Source of the DNA: Candidatus Nanoarchaeia archaeon
Lineage (GTDB): Bacteria > Patescibacteriota > Microgenomatia > Woykebacterales > RBG-16-39-9b
DNA length: 64,000 nt
Direction: 5' to 3'
Assembly: GCA_036514715.1 (NCBI GenBank)
Contig: DATBWR010000001.1
Span: forward strand, 8,644 to 72,643
Below are positions 39,453 through 47,773 of the stretch, one piece after another. The position numbers and the translations under genes are program-made. The notes beneath the pieces were generated by a model that saw only the letters and a list, made by a program, of their open reading frames with translations, had not been told where the DNA came from and did not search any database. The stretch's first letter is position 1. The number at the start of each line of letters is the position of its first letter.

Positions 39453-39682
39453 TATTTATTGATATTTTCCAGAATTTTGGAGATATAATCACCGATTAGA
39501 GGTGCGGTGTCAAGAAGGCCGAAGAAATAAAATAGTAAGCTAACGACTACAGTTGCACCGAGAACACTACCTACTCCCCAGGCCAGCCCGGAAAGAAAAC
39601 TGTTGAAGGTCATACGGAGGGCCGAAACTTTTAGTTCGACTGATTTTTCGCCAGCTTCAATCTTAAGAATTTCTCCGCTCAT
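39452..39682 (-). CDS. small membrane protein (DUF5665-like)
   Basis: FLSGLAWGVGSVLGATVVV...PLIG; coupled to neighbours by TAATG overlaps. Confidence 0.65.
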   Translation of the reverse strand: MSGEILKIEAGEKSVELKVSALRMTFNSFLSGLAWGVGSVLGATVVVSLLFYFFGLLDTAPLIGDYISKILENINK

Positions 39683-39861
39683 TATTCTTTTTTAAGCGTC
39701 AGTTGCAGAAAGACAGTGATTAAAAGGAAAGTAGCGGCGGTAAAAATTACAAAAATTAATCCGGTATCGGTGAGAATGCCGATTTTTAGCATTTGGTCAA
39801 AACCGGCAAAAAGTAAAAGCAGGGTGGCAATAATATTAATGTAAACTAAAGTTTTGGACAT
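39682..39861 (-). CDS. 59-aa two-TM membrane protein (not in ORF track)
   Basis: AAGGAGG SD; MSKTLVYINIIATLLLLFAG...LIFVIFTAATFLLITVFLQLTLKKE; stop overlaps next ATG. Confidence 0.7.
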   Translation of the reverse strand: MSKTLVYINIIATLLLLFAGFDQMLKIGILTDTGLIFVIFTAATFLLITVFLQLTLKKE

Positions 39862-39885
39862 ATAGGCAAGCCTCCTTGTTTATAA

Positions 39886-39961
39886 TGGTGGGTCCGGGAG
39901 GAATTGAACCTCCGGCCTCTTCGATGTCAACGAAGCGCTCTGACCCCTGAGCTACGAACCC
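39886..39961 (-). tRNA. tRNA-Val(GAC)
   Basis: Cloverleaf; anticodon arm CTTCG-TTGACAT-CGAAG; GTTCAATT T-loop; encoded CCA. Confidence 0.95.
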
Positions 39962-39968
39962 AAATAGC

Positions 39969-40026
39969 GACGATCTACGTTTTGGCCAAGCCAAAATGCA
40001 TCCTCTCCCAACTGAGCTAACCACCC
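39969..40026 (-). other. tRNA-Val 5' fragment plus hairpin motif, copy A
   Basis: GGGTGGTTAGCTCAGTTGGGAGAG-GATGCA-TTTTGGC-TTG-GCCAAAA-CGTAGATCGTC, 7 nt upstream of tRNA-Val(GAC); homologous to 62583-62641. Confidence 0.8.
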
Positions 40027-40074
40027 TTGTTTAGATCTGAGACTTAAGTTTTGAGACATCTTACATCCCAAATC

Positions 40075-40686
40075 TTATATCTTTTTTGTGGACTTTTTCT
40101 CAAGTTTTCGATCTTCCAGAACTTTGTCAATTATACCATAGGATTTGGCTTCAGCGGCAGTCATAAAGAAGTCGCGTTCTGTATCCTTTTCAACCAGAGC
40201 GATCTTTTTTCTAGTTTCCTTGGCCAAAATTTCGTTAAGCAGTTTTTTCATTTTTAAAATCTCTTCGGCGTGGATTTGGATGTCAGTCGCCTGGCCGCCA
40301 ACTTCACCGAGCGGTTGATGAATCATTATTTTGGAATTTGGTAAGGCAATCCTCTTGCCAAGAGTCCCGCCAGCTAAAAGTACCGCTGCACCAGAGGCGG
40401 CCATACCCACACAGACTGTCGAGACCGGAGCCAGAATGTACTTCATGGTGTCGTAAATCGCCAGTGTTGAATGAACGTGCCCACCAGGTGAGTTAATATA
40501 AAAAGAAATATCTTTGTCAGAATTTTCGTTATCCAGGTAAAGTAGTTGAGCAATAATAATGTTGGCAGTATCATCAACAATTGGCCCACCTAAGAAGATA
40601 ATCCGCTCTTCCAGAAGTCGGCTAAAAATATCATAGGCACGCTCCCCTTGCGGGTCACGTTTAATAACCATTGGTACTAAATCCAT
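40075..40686 (-). CDS. clpP: ATP-dependent Clp protease proteolytic subunit
   Basis: [33 protein letters not shown]. Confidence 0.96.
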   Translation of the reverse strand: MDLVPMVIKRDPQGERAYDIFSRLLEERIIFLGGPIVDDTANIIIAQLLYLDNENSDKDISFYINSPGGHVHSTLAIYDTMKYILAPVSTVCVGMAASGAAVLLAGGTLGKRIALPNSKIMIHQPLGEVGGQATDIQIHAEEILKMKKLLNEILAKETRKKIALVEKDTERDFFMTAAEAKSYGIIDKVLEDRKLEKKSTKKI

Positions 40687-40795
40687 AATTCTTTTCCTCT
40701 TGCCAAATGGTTACAGAGTGCGAAGCGTTCTATAACCATGGGTATAAGATCCATCTTGTGCGCAATTCTAACAGAGTGAGTCAAAAAAGAAAAAC

Positions 40796-41722
40796 CTACT
40801 TAACTTCAACACTAGCTGCTTGACCAGAAATTTCCACCTCGACCTTGAAGGGTTTAGCTGTAAAATCAGGGGATTTATAAGTATCACCGACTTTGGGAAA
40901 ACGGCTTTCGTTGAGCTTGACCGCTTTGAAATTGGCTTCAGTTTTAATACTGGCTGCCACTTCAGGGGGTATGGTTAGACTAACCAAGCCGGCATTGGTT
41001 CTAATAAAAACTTTCGTGGAGTAGTCTTTGGCAAAAGTAATATTCACCTGCCCGGCGGCACTCTCCACTTCAATTAAATCAACTTTAAGGTTACTCAAGT
41101 TTAGGATCAACACCCCAGAGGTAACTTTAAGATTAATCTCTAGAGGTATTAGCCTTGAGAGTTCAAAGTTAGCGCTGTTACCTAAATTACTTAGAAACGG
41201 CAGACCTTTTGGTGAGCTTTGAGAAAAAGTGTAACTGCCTTCCCCAGATAGTTTGTCCTCCTTTAAAGCAGGTTTGGGTAAAAGTTGGGAATATCTGATC
41301 TCTCCTTTAAAAGCTGAAGTTGAGCTTGCCTCCAAAGAGTTAATTTTAATATTCGCTGACTGCATCTGAAAGTTAACTCTGGCTCTCGTAAGGTTGGCCA
41401 AGGGTTTAACAAAAGTTTCTTTGCTGGTTGCCAGGGGGTTACCGGTGAGTGGGTTTAAAATTAAGACGATTGGAACAAGAAAAATTAAGGCTAGTAGGAT
41501 TACCAAACCACGGGGAGAAGAGTGACGACCAATGATAATTTCCAAGCCAAATAAAATCAAAAGTATCGGCCAGAATTTCCAAAGGTGAGACCAAAGTTCC
41601 CAAGGCAGGAGGCCAAAATTATTTAAAAGAAAGATAATTCCGAGAGTAATTAAAAGCAGGGCGCTTAGGGAAAAGCCACCACTTTGTCGACCGTTCGAAT
41701 TATAGGAGTTTCTACCAAACAT
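40796..41722 (-). CDS. membrane protein with LiaF/DUF5668-like TM domain and beta-repeat C-terminus
   Basis: LLITLGIIFLLNNFG...WKFWPILLILFGLEII N-terminus; beta-rich tail. Confidence 0.65.
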   Translation of the reverse strand: MFGRNSYNSNGRQSGGFSLSALLLITLGIIFLLNNFGLLPWELWSHLWKFWPILLILFGLEIIIGRHSSPRGLVILLALIFLVPIVLILNPLTGNPLATSKETFVKPLANLTRARVNFQMQSANIKINSLEASSTSAFKGEIRYSQLLPKPALKEDKLSGEGSYTFSQSSPKGLPFLSNLGNSANFELSRLIPLEINLKVTSGVLILNLSNLKVDLIEVESAAGQVNITFAKDYSTKVFIRTNAGLVSLTIPPEVAASIKTEANFKAVKLNESRFPKVGDTYKSPDFTAKPFKVEVEISGQAASVEVK

Positions 41723-42128
41723 TTTCTTTGAGGAGCGAAGATTTAAATTTACCTGGATTATACGGTTTTAGACGAACAACCGTTACCTGGGAAAGTTGGT
41801 GACGTTTTAGAGCTTTTTTGAGATCAACAATTTTGGGTTTTTGATCGTAACCTAAAGCGATAGTATCAATTTGGTAGGTGCGCAAAGTTTGGAAATAATT
41901 ATGAGTTTTTGAGCCCAAGATTACCTTATTAGCAAGGTTTTCCCTACTTACGTTTCGTGCACGTACCTTCTCATCGTTCTTGGGGGTTTGTCCTTTTACC
42001 TTCTGTACGCTCCTATTTCTGGCGACAACCACCAAAAGGTACTCCCCCAGCTTTTTAGCCTGTTTCAAAAACGACTCATGGCCAGGGTGGAAAATGTCAA
42101 AAGTCCCAAAAATAACTACTCTTTTCAT
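41712..42128 (-). CDS. cytidylyltransferase-family nucleotidyltransferase (RibL/FAD synthase-like)
   Basis: FGTFDIFHPGH, IALGYDQ, KSS; start ATG 42128. Confidence 0.8.
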   Translation of the reverse strand: MKRVVIFGTFDIFHPGHESFLKQAKKLGEYLLVVVARNRSVQKVKGQTPKNDEKVRARNVSRENLANKVILGSKTHNYFQTLRTYQIDTIALGYDQKPKIVDLKKALKRHQLSQVTVVRLKPYNPGKFKSSLLKENVW

Positions 42129-42156
42129 AGCTTGTGGGTACAAATGAGGATTTTGG

Positions 42157-42762
42157 TCATATTTTTGAAGTGGTTACTTGAGAAATAATCCCGCTAACCA
42201 CCTTGAATACTTGCTCTTTCGTTAGGTTAGACACATTGATAATATGATTTGCGTATTGTTTTGTGGGTTCAGCAAATTGTTTATACATAGGAATTAAAAC
42301 ATTCTTCTCGTACTCGAGATACTTAAAATGCAATCGACGTTTCCAGCGAGTATCGTGACTGGCTTCCAACCATATTGATGTATTCAGAAGATTTCTAATT
42401 TGTTTATCCCAAAGAACAAGATAACCTTCTACAAGCATTATCGGTTTGGGTTGGAATTCGATAGGAATTCTTTTGTTTGTTTTCTTGTAGTTGGGATTTA
42501 GCCGCTCGTTTTTGGTGTTGATAATGACTGGTTTTCCTTGCGAGAGTTTAAACAAGTCCGTTGCTAACTTATCGAGATAAAGAGCATTGGGATGGTCCCA
42601 ATTAGTGTGTCCTTCAAACTGCGGTACTTCAGCCGATAGCTTGAAATAATCGTCAAGCTGAATGAGGCCAATTTCGTCTGGGTATTTGTCTTGAAGTGTA
42701 GTGCAAAGAGTGGATTTACCTGATCCTGTTCCGCCTGCGATTCCAATAAAAACTGGCTTCAT
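42157..42762 (-). CDS. udk: uridine kinase-family P-loop kinase
   Basis: IGIAGGTGSGKST, DDYF, NWDHP, LVEG; true start ATG 42762 (upstream extension is a tRNA). Confidence 0.8.
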   Translation of the reverse strand: MKPVFIGIAGGTGSGKSTLCTTLQDKYPDEIGLIQLDDYFKLSAEVPQFEGHTNWDHPNALYLDKLATDLFKLSQGKPVIINTKNERLNPNYKKTNKRIPIEFQPKPIMLVEGYLVLWDKQIRNLLNTSIWLEASHDTRWKRRLHFKYLEYEKNVLIPMYKQFAEPTKQYANHIINVSNLTKEQVFKVVSGIISQVTTSKI

Positions 42763-42770
42763 ATTATCTT

Positions 42771-42855
42771 TGGTGCGGTCGAGAGGGATCGAACCTCCAC
42801 GAGTTGCCTCACAGGATCCTAAATCCTGCGCGTCTGCCAATTCCGCCACGACCGC
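42771..42855 (-). tRNA. tRNA-Leu(TAG)
   Basis: CAGGA-TTTAGGA-TCCTG anticodon arm, long variable arm, CCA. Confidence 0.95.
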
Positions 42856-42897
42856 ATTTAGGCTCAGAGTATATCAAAAAGTAGGAGACTTGGCTAG

Positions 42898-43638
42898 TTA
42901 ATGAGTTTTTAGTGCTCTGTGCAAAGCGGACTCATGGGCAAGTTCTTCTTGGTTGTCATTAATAAACTTTAATTCCAGATCCCCGTATTTTTTCTGCAAA
43001 GCAAGTTTAAGAAGATGATCAGCAAACTCAGGGTTTTTAGGCAATACTGGTCCATGCAAATAACAACCAAAAACATTATTTTGGACCGCTCCCTCAGTTT
43101 GGTCCTCACCATTATTACCAGCTCCAACCACTACCTTTCCTAACGAAGTCGCTTTTTCGCCCAGAACTGTTTTTCCCGAGTGATTTTCAAAGCCAACTAA
43201 TTTTTCCTTCAAAAAGTGAGTTTCCACTACCAAATTTCCCATCATTCGCTTCGTGCCTGCTGTGGTGGTGACGTCTAAAATTCCCAAACCTTCAAGAGAG
43301 TTTCCCTCCCCGTCCTGGTAGTAATGACCGAAGAGTTGATAACCACCGCAAATTCCCAAAAAAACCTTGCCGCTTTCCGCTTCTTCAACAAGTGCCTTAT
43401 GTTTATGCTTCTTAAGATCACCGGAAACTTGCACTTGAGAGAGGTCTTGCCCCCCACCAAAAAAATAAAGATCAGCTCCAGTGGCTATCTCCTCTCTTAA
43501 ACCGACCTCTACGACTTCAATGTCGATATCACGCCACTCACACCGTCGCTTTAAAGCAATAATGTTGCCCCGGTCACCGTAAGTGCTCATTTCCTTAGGA
43601 TAAAGCCAGACTATTTTTAGATCCAGTTTAGTGCTCAT
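42898..43638 (-). CDS. gatD: lipid II isoglutaminyl synthase glutaminase subunit
   Basis: YGDRGN, GGGQD, ICGGYQ, GFENHSG, YLHGPVLPKNP. Confidence 0.92.
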   Translation of the reverse strand: MSTKLDLKIVWLYPKEMSTYGDRGNIIALKRRCEWRDIDIEVVEVGLREEIATGADLYFFGGGQDLSQVQVSGDLKKHKHKALVEEAESGKVFLGICGGYQLFGHYYQDGEGNSLEGLGILDVTTTAGTKRMMGNLVVETHFLKEKLVGFENHSGKTVLGEKATSLGKVVVGAGNNGEDQTEGAVQNNVFGCYLHGPVLPKNPEFADHLLKLALQKKYGDLELKFINDNQEELAHESALHRALKTH

Positions 43639-43653
43639 AATTTTAACTTATTG

Positions 43654-45033
43654 TCAGTCTTCCCAAAATTGGCCACCAGCGCCTTTTTTGGCAAAAACCT
43701 TTTTCAGCTCTAGCATAGCTGTATAAGTGGGGACAATCAATAAAGTATCTTTTTGAGGTAGAGCCTCTAGTGCAGCCTCAAGAGCTTCGGATAAAGACTC
43801 ATTTACCTGATAATTTTTAATACCGGCATATTTTAATCTTAAGGCCATATCGCTCGCTCTTAAACCGCTGATAAAAAATTTTGTACCAAAGTCCCTAACC
43901 GACTCAAAATCTACGTCCCACAACCAGGAAACATCGCGTCCGTCGGCAATTAAATCGTTGATGGCGATTAAAACTATCTGCTGTCCCCTACTAAAAAAAG
44001 TGCGGATAACCTCGTTAAACCCAGTGGGGTTTTTGGCAAGGGTAACAATAACCTTGCGGCCTTCAAACTCCAAATTTTCTGCTCGTCCAAAAGCTGGTTT
44101 GAAATTTTTTACGACCAAAGGGAAAGTATCCAGATTAAAGTCAAGGGCGCTAAGTGCTCCAAAGGAGGCTAAGATATTGTAAACATTGAAAAGACCGGCA
44201 AGTCTAGTTTTTATATCAACTCTTATCTTGTCAGAGTAGTGTAAAACAAACTCACTTCCAGAGGATCCTGATTCAATTTCTTCTGCCCAGATATCTAGTT
44301 TGGCTCTTGTAAAATGACAAACTGGGCAGGAATATTCTCCTTGATGAGAAATATAGTAACGTGTGTACTTCAACTCAGAACGACAACTGGGACAGTTAAT
44401 GTTGTCAACTGTGTCAGGTACTTTTTCCAAACTAACATTTTTATCAGATAAACCAAAGTAAATTACCCGGCAAGAGGCGTTTTTGCCTAAAGAAGCTAGA
44501 CTTGGGTCATCAGCGTTTAAAATTAAAGTAGTTTGCTCGGGGAGATTTTTAAGACACTTTTCCCAAATTCGACGGATGTTGTTTACTTCACCGTAGCGAT
44601 CCAATTGATCACGAAAGAGATTGGTGATAACTAAGACCTGCGGGTTTAATTTTGGCAGGACGTTAGCAATAGCTGCTTCATCTACTTCAAATAAGGCGGT
44701 TTTTACTAAGGATTGACCAGATAGGTTTGTATTTTCTAGAAAAGCGGAAATTAGACCACGCTCAAGGTTTGAGCCATGGCGGTTGTGCACGAACTCTACT
44801 CCAAGGTTCTCTAAAAAATCGCCGATCAAGCGAGTAGTAGTAGTTTTACCGTTAGTACCGGTGACTAAGATGGTAGTTTCCAGGTTGCTTGCCAGTTTCT
44901 TGAGGATGTTGTGATCAAGATAAAGGGAAAAAAATCCAGGGGCAGCGGTTGCCCCACCTTTAGAGATATTTTTGATGAAAAATTTAGTACCTTTGGCAAT
45001 AGCGTGAGAAAACAGAAATTGCAAATCCATCAC
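43654..45033 (-). CDS. murT: lipid II isoglutaminyl synthase Mur-ligase-like subunit
   Basis: TGTNGKTTT, EVDE, NLFRDQLDRYGE, CxxC..CxxC, DGRDVSWLWDVDFE. Confidence 0.92.
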   Translation of the reverse strand: MMDLQFLFSHAIAKGTKFFIKNISKGGATAAPGFFSLYLDHNILKKLASNLETTILVTGTNGKTTTTRLIGDFLENLGVEFVHNRHGSNLERGLISAFLENTNLSGQSLVKTALFEVDEAAIANVLPKLNPQVLVITNLFRDQLDRYGEVNNIRRIWEKCLKNLPEQTTLILNADDPSLASLGKNASCRVIYFGLSDKNVSLEKVPDTVDNINCPSCRSELKYTRYYISHQGEYSCPVCHFTRAKLDIWAEEIESGSSGSEFVLHYSDKIRVDIKTRLAGLFNVYNILASFGALSALDFNLDTFPLVVKNFKPAFGRAENLEFEGRKVIVTLAKNPTGFNEVIRTFFSRGQQIVLIAINDLIADGRDVSWLWDVDFESVRDFGTKFFISGLRASDMALRLKYAGIKNYQVNESLSEALEAALEALPQKDTLLIVPTYTAMLELKKVFAKKGAGGQFWED

Positions 45034-45084
45034 CTTTGGATTTTAGCATAAATTTGACCAAGGACTAATGACAAATGACCACTT

Positions 45085-45171
45085 AGCGGGTCCTGTCACA
45101 GGATTCCCTCCCATCAGTGCTCAGCACTAGCTTGCGCGCTGTTGGGAGCCCTTCTTCCTGCGCCACCCGCT
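45085..45171 (-). repeat. ~87-nt structured intergenic element, copy 2
   Basis: Closed by AGCGGGT/ACCCGCT; highly similar to 36448-36532. Confidence 0.8.
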
Positions 45172-45284
45172 CGAGTCCGTTAATTAGTTGCTGCCTTATT
45201 GAGCTGCAAAACGAGCAATTTCAGTTTGACTTTTGCAAAGCAAATGCAAGCTAACTCGAGCTTGGAAATTGTGAAATTTAAAGT

Positions 45285-45836
45285 TTATTCAGCAGCGAAT
45301 CGAAGAATCTCTGCTTGATAGCGGCTAACTCGGACTGCCCACGTGGGAGATTCGGCATACATTCTGCCGATACGAAAAGGCGTCACTTCTCCGCTTGGAG
45401 CATAACGGCTGCGAATTCCAGCCGCAACAACCTCAGTTGCTTGGACCCAGCTTTGAAAACGATACTTACCATTGTTCCAACCGTAAGGGTTGAAAGAAAG
45501 GAAAGGGACTTGCAAACCAAAGCTAGATTCTAGACCGGCAATAGAGGGTAACAAGGTCCAGTCAAGATCGTATTTATCGGAAATGGCAACAAAGTCCTCA
45601 GCATAGGGTACAAACGGAGAATTTTTGGTAGCAAAGTAGGAAGCTAATTTTTCCGCACGATCGTCTTTCTTAGCAACGACAGTATCCACCATTAGATTTT
45701 TGTTTTCTAAAGCAGTGGTAGGAGCTGAAACATTAGGGGTTTCAGTTTGAGGCACGAGGTTTGAAATTGTGGGACTAATTACCAATCCAGAAAACACGGT
45801 AATCATAGCAGCGGTCCTTAAGAGACGTTTTAACAT
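45285..45836 (-). CDS. secreted lysozyme-fold cell-wall hydrolase (glucosaminidase-like)
   Basis: Signal peptide; YDLDWTLLPSIAGLESSFG, NPYGW. Confidence 0.7.
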   Translation of the reverse strand: MLKRLLRTAAMITVFSGLVISPTISNLVPQTETPNVSAPTTALENKNLMVDTVVAKKDDRAEKLASYFATKNSPFVPYAEDFVAISDKYDLDWTLLPSIAGLESSFGLQVPFLSFNPYGWNNGKYRFQSWVQATEVVAAGIRSRYAPSGEVTPFRIGRMYAESPTWAVRVSRYQAEILRFAAE

Positions 45837-45968
45837 ATCCTCCCCGCCTCTTTTGGCCGCAAAATACCACCAAAAGTAAAATGGGGAGAAAAAAAGAAAC
45901 TTTCTCTTGCGAGAAACTTAAATAAATTATAACCGAAAATTAGACAAAAGTCAAGTTAGGTTGGTTGC

Positions 45969-46571
45969 TTAGGGGGACATTTGCGCAATAGCAAAATTTA
46001 CTCCAAAAGCCCAAGTGCCTTCGCTGTCAGTATAACGAGTCATAATCGCTTCAGTTGTTTGCAGACCGCGGTCAATATAATCACTTTTTAAACCCTCTGC
46101 TACAGTGTAAATTGCTTGTTCCCAGTTCTTGAACCTAGCTCCAGAAGCCTCTCCAGTGTAAATTGCCCAACCCCAGGCATTGTGAGAGCCTTTGGGCATG
46201 TACTTTCCCAGAGTCGACTCCTGAAAGGCAATTGCTGGTAGCAAGCGATAATCAATGCCGTATTGATCGGCAGCGGCGACAAAAACTTGCCCCATACCAG
46301 CCATAGGAGACTTATGACGAGCTAAAAAATTATCAACAATAACCGGTCGACCATCACTTCTGCCAACCGCCGCAAGTACATTAACTTTAGATTGTGCGGA
46401 AGCGTAATATTGATCAATTGGGGATTTTACTAAGTTTTGAGATTGAACTTTCAGCAACCTAATTTCAACCGGGACTTGTAGCTTTCGAAAATATAGGGTG
46501 GCTAAAACTAAACCAGTAACAAGTGGAAGTAGAAACAGTAGAATTGGAATTACCAGCAGGCCTTTTTTCAT
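45969..46571 (-). CDS. membrane-anchored lysozyme-fold hydrolase, paralog of 45285-45836
   Basis: YGIDYRLLPAIAFQESTLG, NAWGW. Confidence 0.7.
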   Translation of the reverse strand: MKKGLLVIPILLFLLPLVTGLVLATLYFRKLQVPVEIRLLKVQSQNLVKSPIDQYYASAQSKVNVLAAVGRSDGRPVIVDNFLARHKSPMAGMGQVFVAAADQYGIDYRLLPAIAFQESTLGKYMPKGSHNAWGWAIYTGEASGARFKNWEQAIYTVAEGLKSDYIDRGLQTTEAIMTRYTDSEGTWAFGVNFAIAQMSP

Positions 46572-46737
46572 CGACTCTTCCCGAGGCTTGTTAAAGACTT
46601 ACTGTAATTTATCCTAAAACAGACAAGCAGATTTGTAAACCCTTAGCTTCGCCAAGGGATTGCAATCTAGCGATTGTAAAATCTTAGGAAGCTGAGGGTT
46701 TACTTTGGTAGAAAATTATTGTATATTGGCGAAGCTT

Positions 46738-46812
46738 GCGGGGGTAGTTCAGCGGTAGAACGCTTCCTTGCCAAGGAAGAGGCCGCGGGTTCAAATCCCG
46801 TCTCCCGCTCCA
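46738..46812 (+). tRNA. tRNA-Gly(GCC)
   Basis: CTTCC-TTGCCAA-GGAAG anticodon arm, GTTCAAAT, TCCA end. Confidence 0.95.
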
Positions 46813-46861
46813 CGATTTTAGCCTCAAAATAAGTCTAACTCCAAACAGAGAATCGAACTTC

Positions 46862-47605
46862 CTAAAGATTTAAGAGTAGCTTTAAACCTAAAACAATACC
46901 CACAACTGTAAAGGCCACTTTAATAAACTTGTTACCCTTCAAACGTGCGTACTTTGAACCAATAAAACCTCCAACAACAGACCCTAAGACAGCTGGGATC
47001 ATTAAACTTAAACTAAAATAACCTTTAAAGATTAAAATTAGGGCTGCTAAAAGAGCCCATGGAAAAGAAATCGCGTAGTAGTGGGCTAGAGAATCAATAA
47101 AATCGAATCCTTTAAAATAGGACGCTATAACGGTGAAAAACAAACCATTTCCCGAGCCAAACAAGGCTTCATAGAAACCCATTGGTAGTGAAAAGAGATA
47201 AATTAGTCTTTCCTTTAACTTTGAACGTACTACATGCTCTTCTAGTCCGACATCTTTCTTGAAGTTAATGAAAAGAATAAGAATAATAATAGCTATACCG
47301 ACAACTCTTGCCAATATTTTTTGATCGATACTCGTTACAGCCAGAACACCAAAGTAAGAACCAATTGTTCCAATGGTTGCAAACAGAATTAAAAATGGCC
47401 ACTGGATTTTCCTGCCTTTGGCAAAGTTGTAAGCAGAAGGCAACACCCAGAAGCTCGAGTTCAGCTGCAACATAGCTGTAGCCATTGGAAACGAGATACC
47501 AAGTGTTAAAAAGATAGGCAAAGCTATAACAGAAGCTCCACCGCCTGACATTGAGCTAATTGTGGTCGCAAAAGCTGCGATTAAAAAAATCCAAACTGAC
47601 TCCAT
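46862..47605 (-). CDS. TauE/SafE (TSUP) family membrane transporter
   Basis: SMSGGG, GFYEALFGSGNG, ~8 TM; start ATG 47605. Confidence 0.82.
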   Translation of the reverse strand: MESVWIFLIAAFATTISSMSGGGASVIALPIFLTLGISFPMATAMLQLNSSFWVLPSAYNFAKGRKIQWPFLILFATIGTIGSYFGVLAVTSIDQKILARVVGIAIIILILFINFKKDVGLEEHVVRSKLKERLIYLFSLPMGFYEALFGSGNGLFFTVIASYFKGFDFIDSLAHYYAISFPWALLAALILIFKGYFSLSLMIPAVLGSVVGGFIGSKYARLKGNKFIKVAFTVVGIVLGLKLLLNL

Positions 47606-47773
47606 TGAATTAAATATATCAGATTTGTGGCAGCAATTGTGCGAAGTAAGCACTTTCTTTTAGTACTAGAGAAGGGTAAGGGATTTTCTTAACAGCCTCC
47701 AAAAGTTCAATTAACGCCCTGTCTGGAGCTCCAACCCACTTCTTACTGCATACTTCGTACTTAATACTTGTTG

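Noticed and set aside
39836-40024. 62-aa ORF
   Set aside because: Read through tRNA-Val and the tRNA-fragment motif.
42763-42849. N-terminal extension of uridine kinase (MAELADAQDLGS...)
   Set aside because: It is translated tRNA-Leu(TAG) sequence.
47606-47773. Possible gene remnant (KKWVGAPDRALIELLEAVKK...)
   Set aside because: No start codon or recognisable family; cannot be supported.
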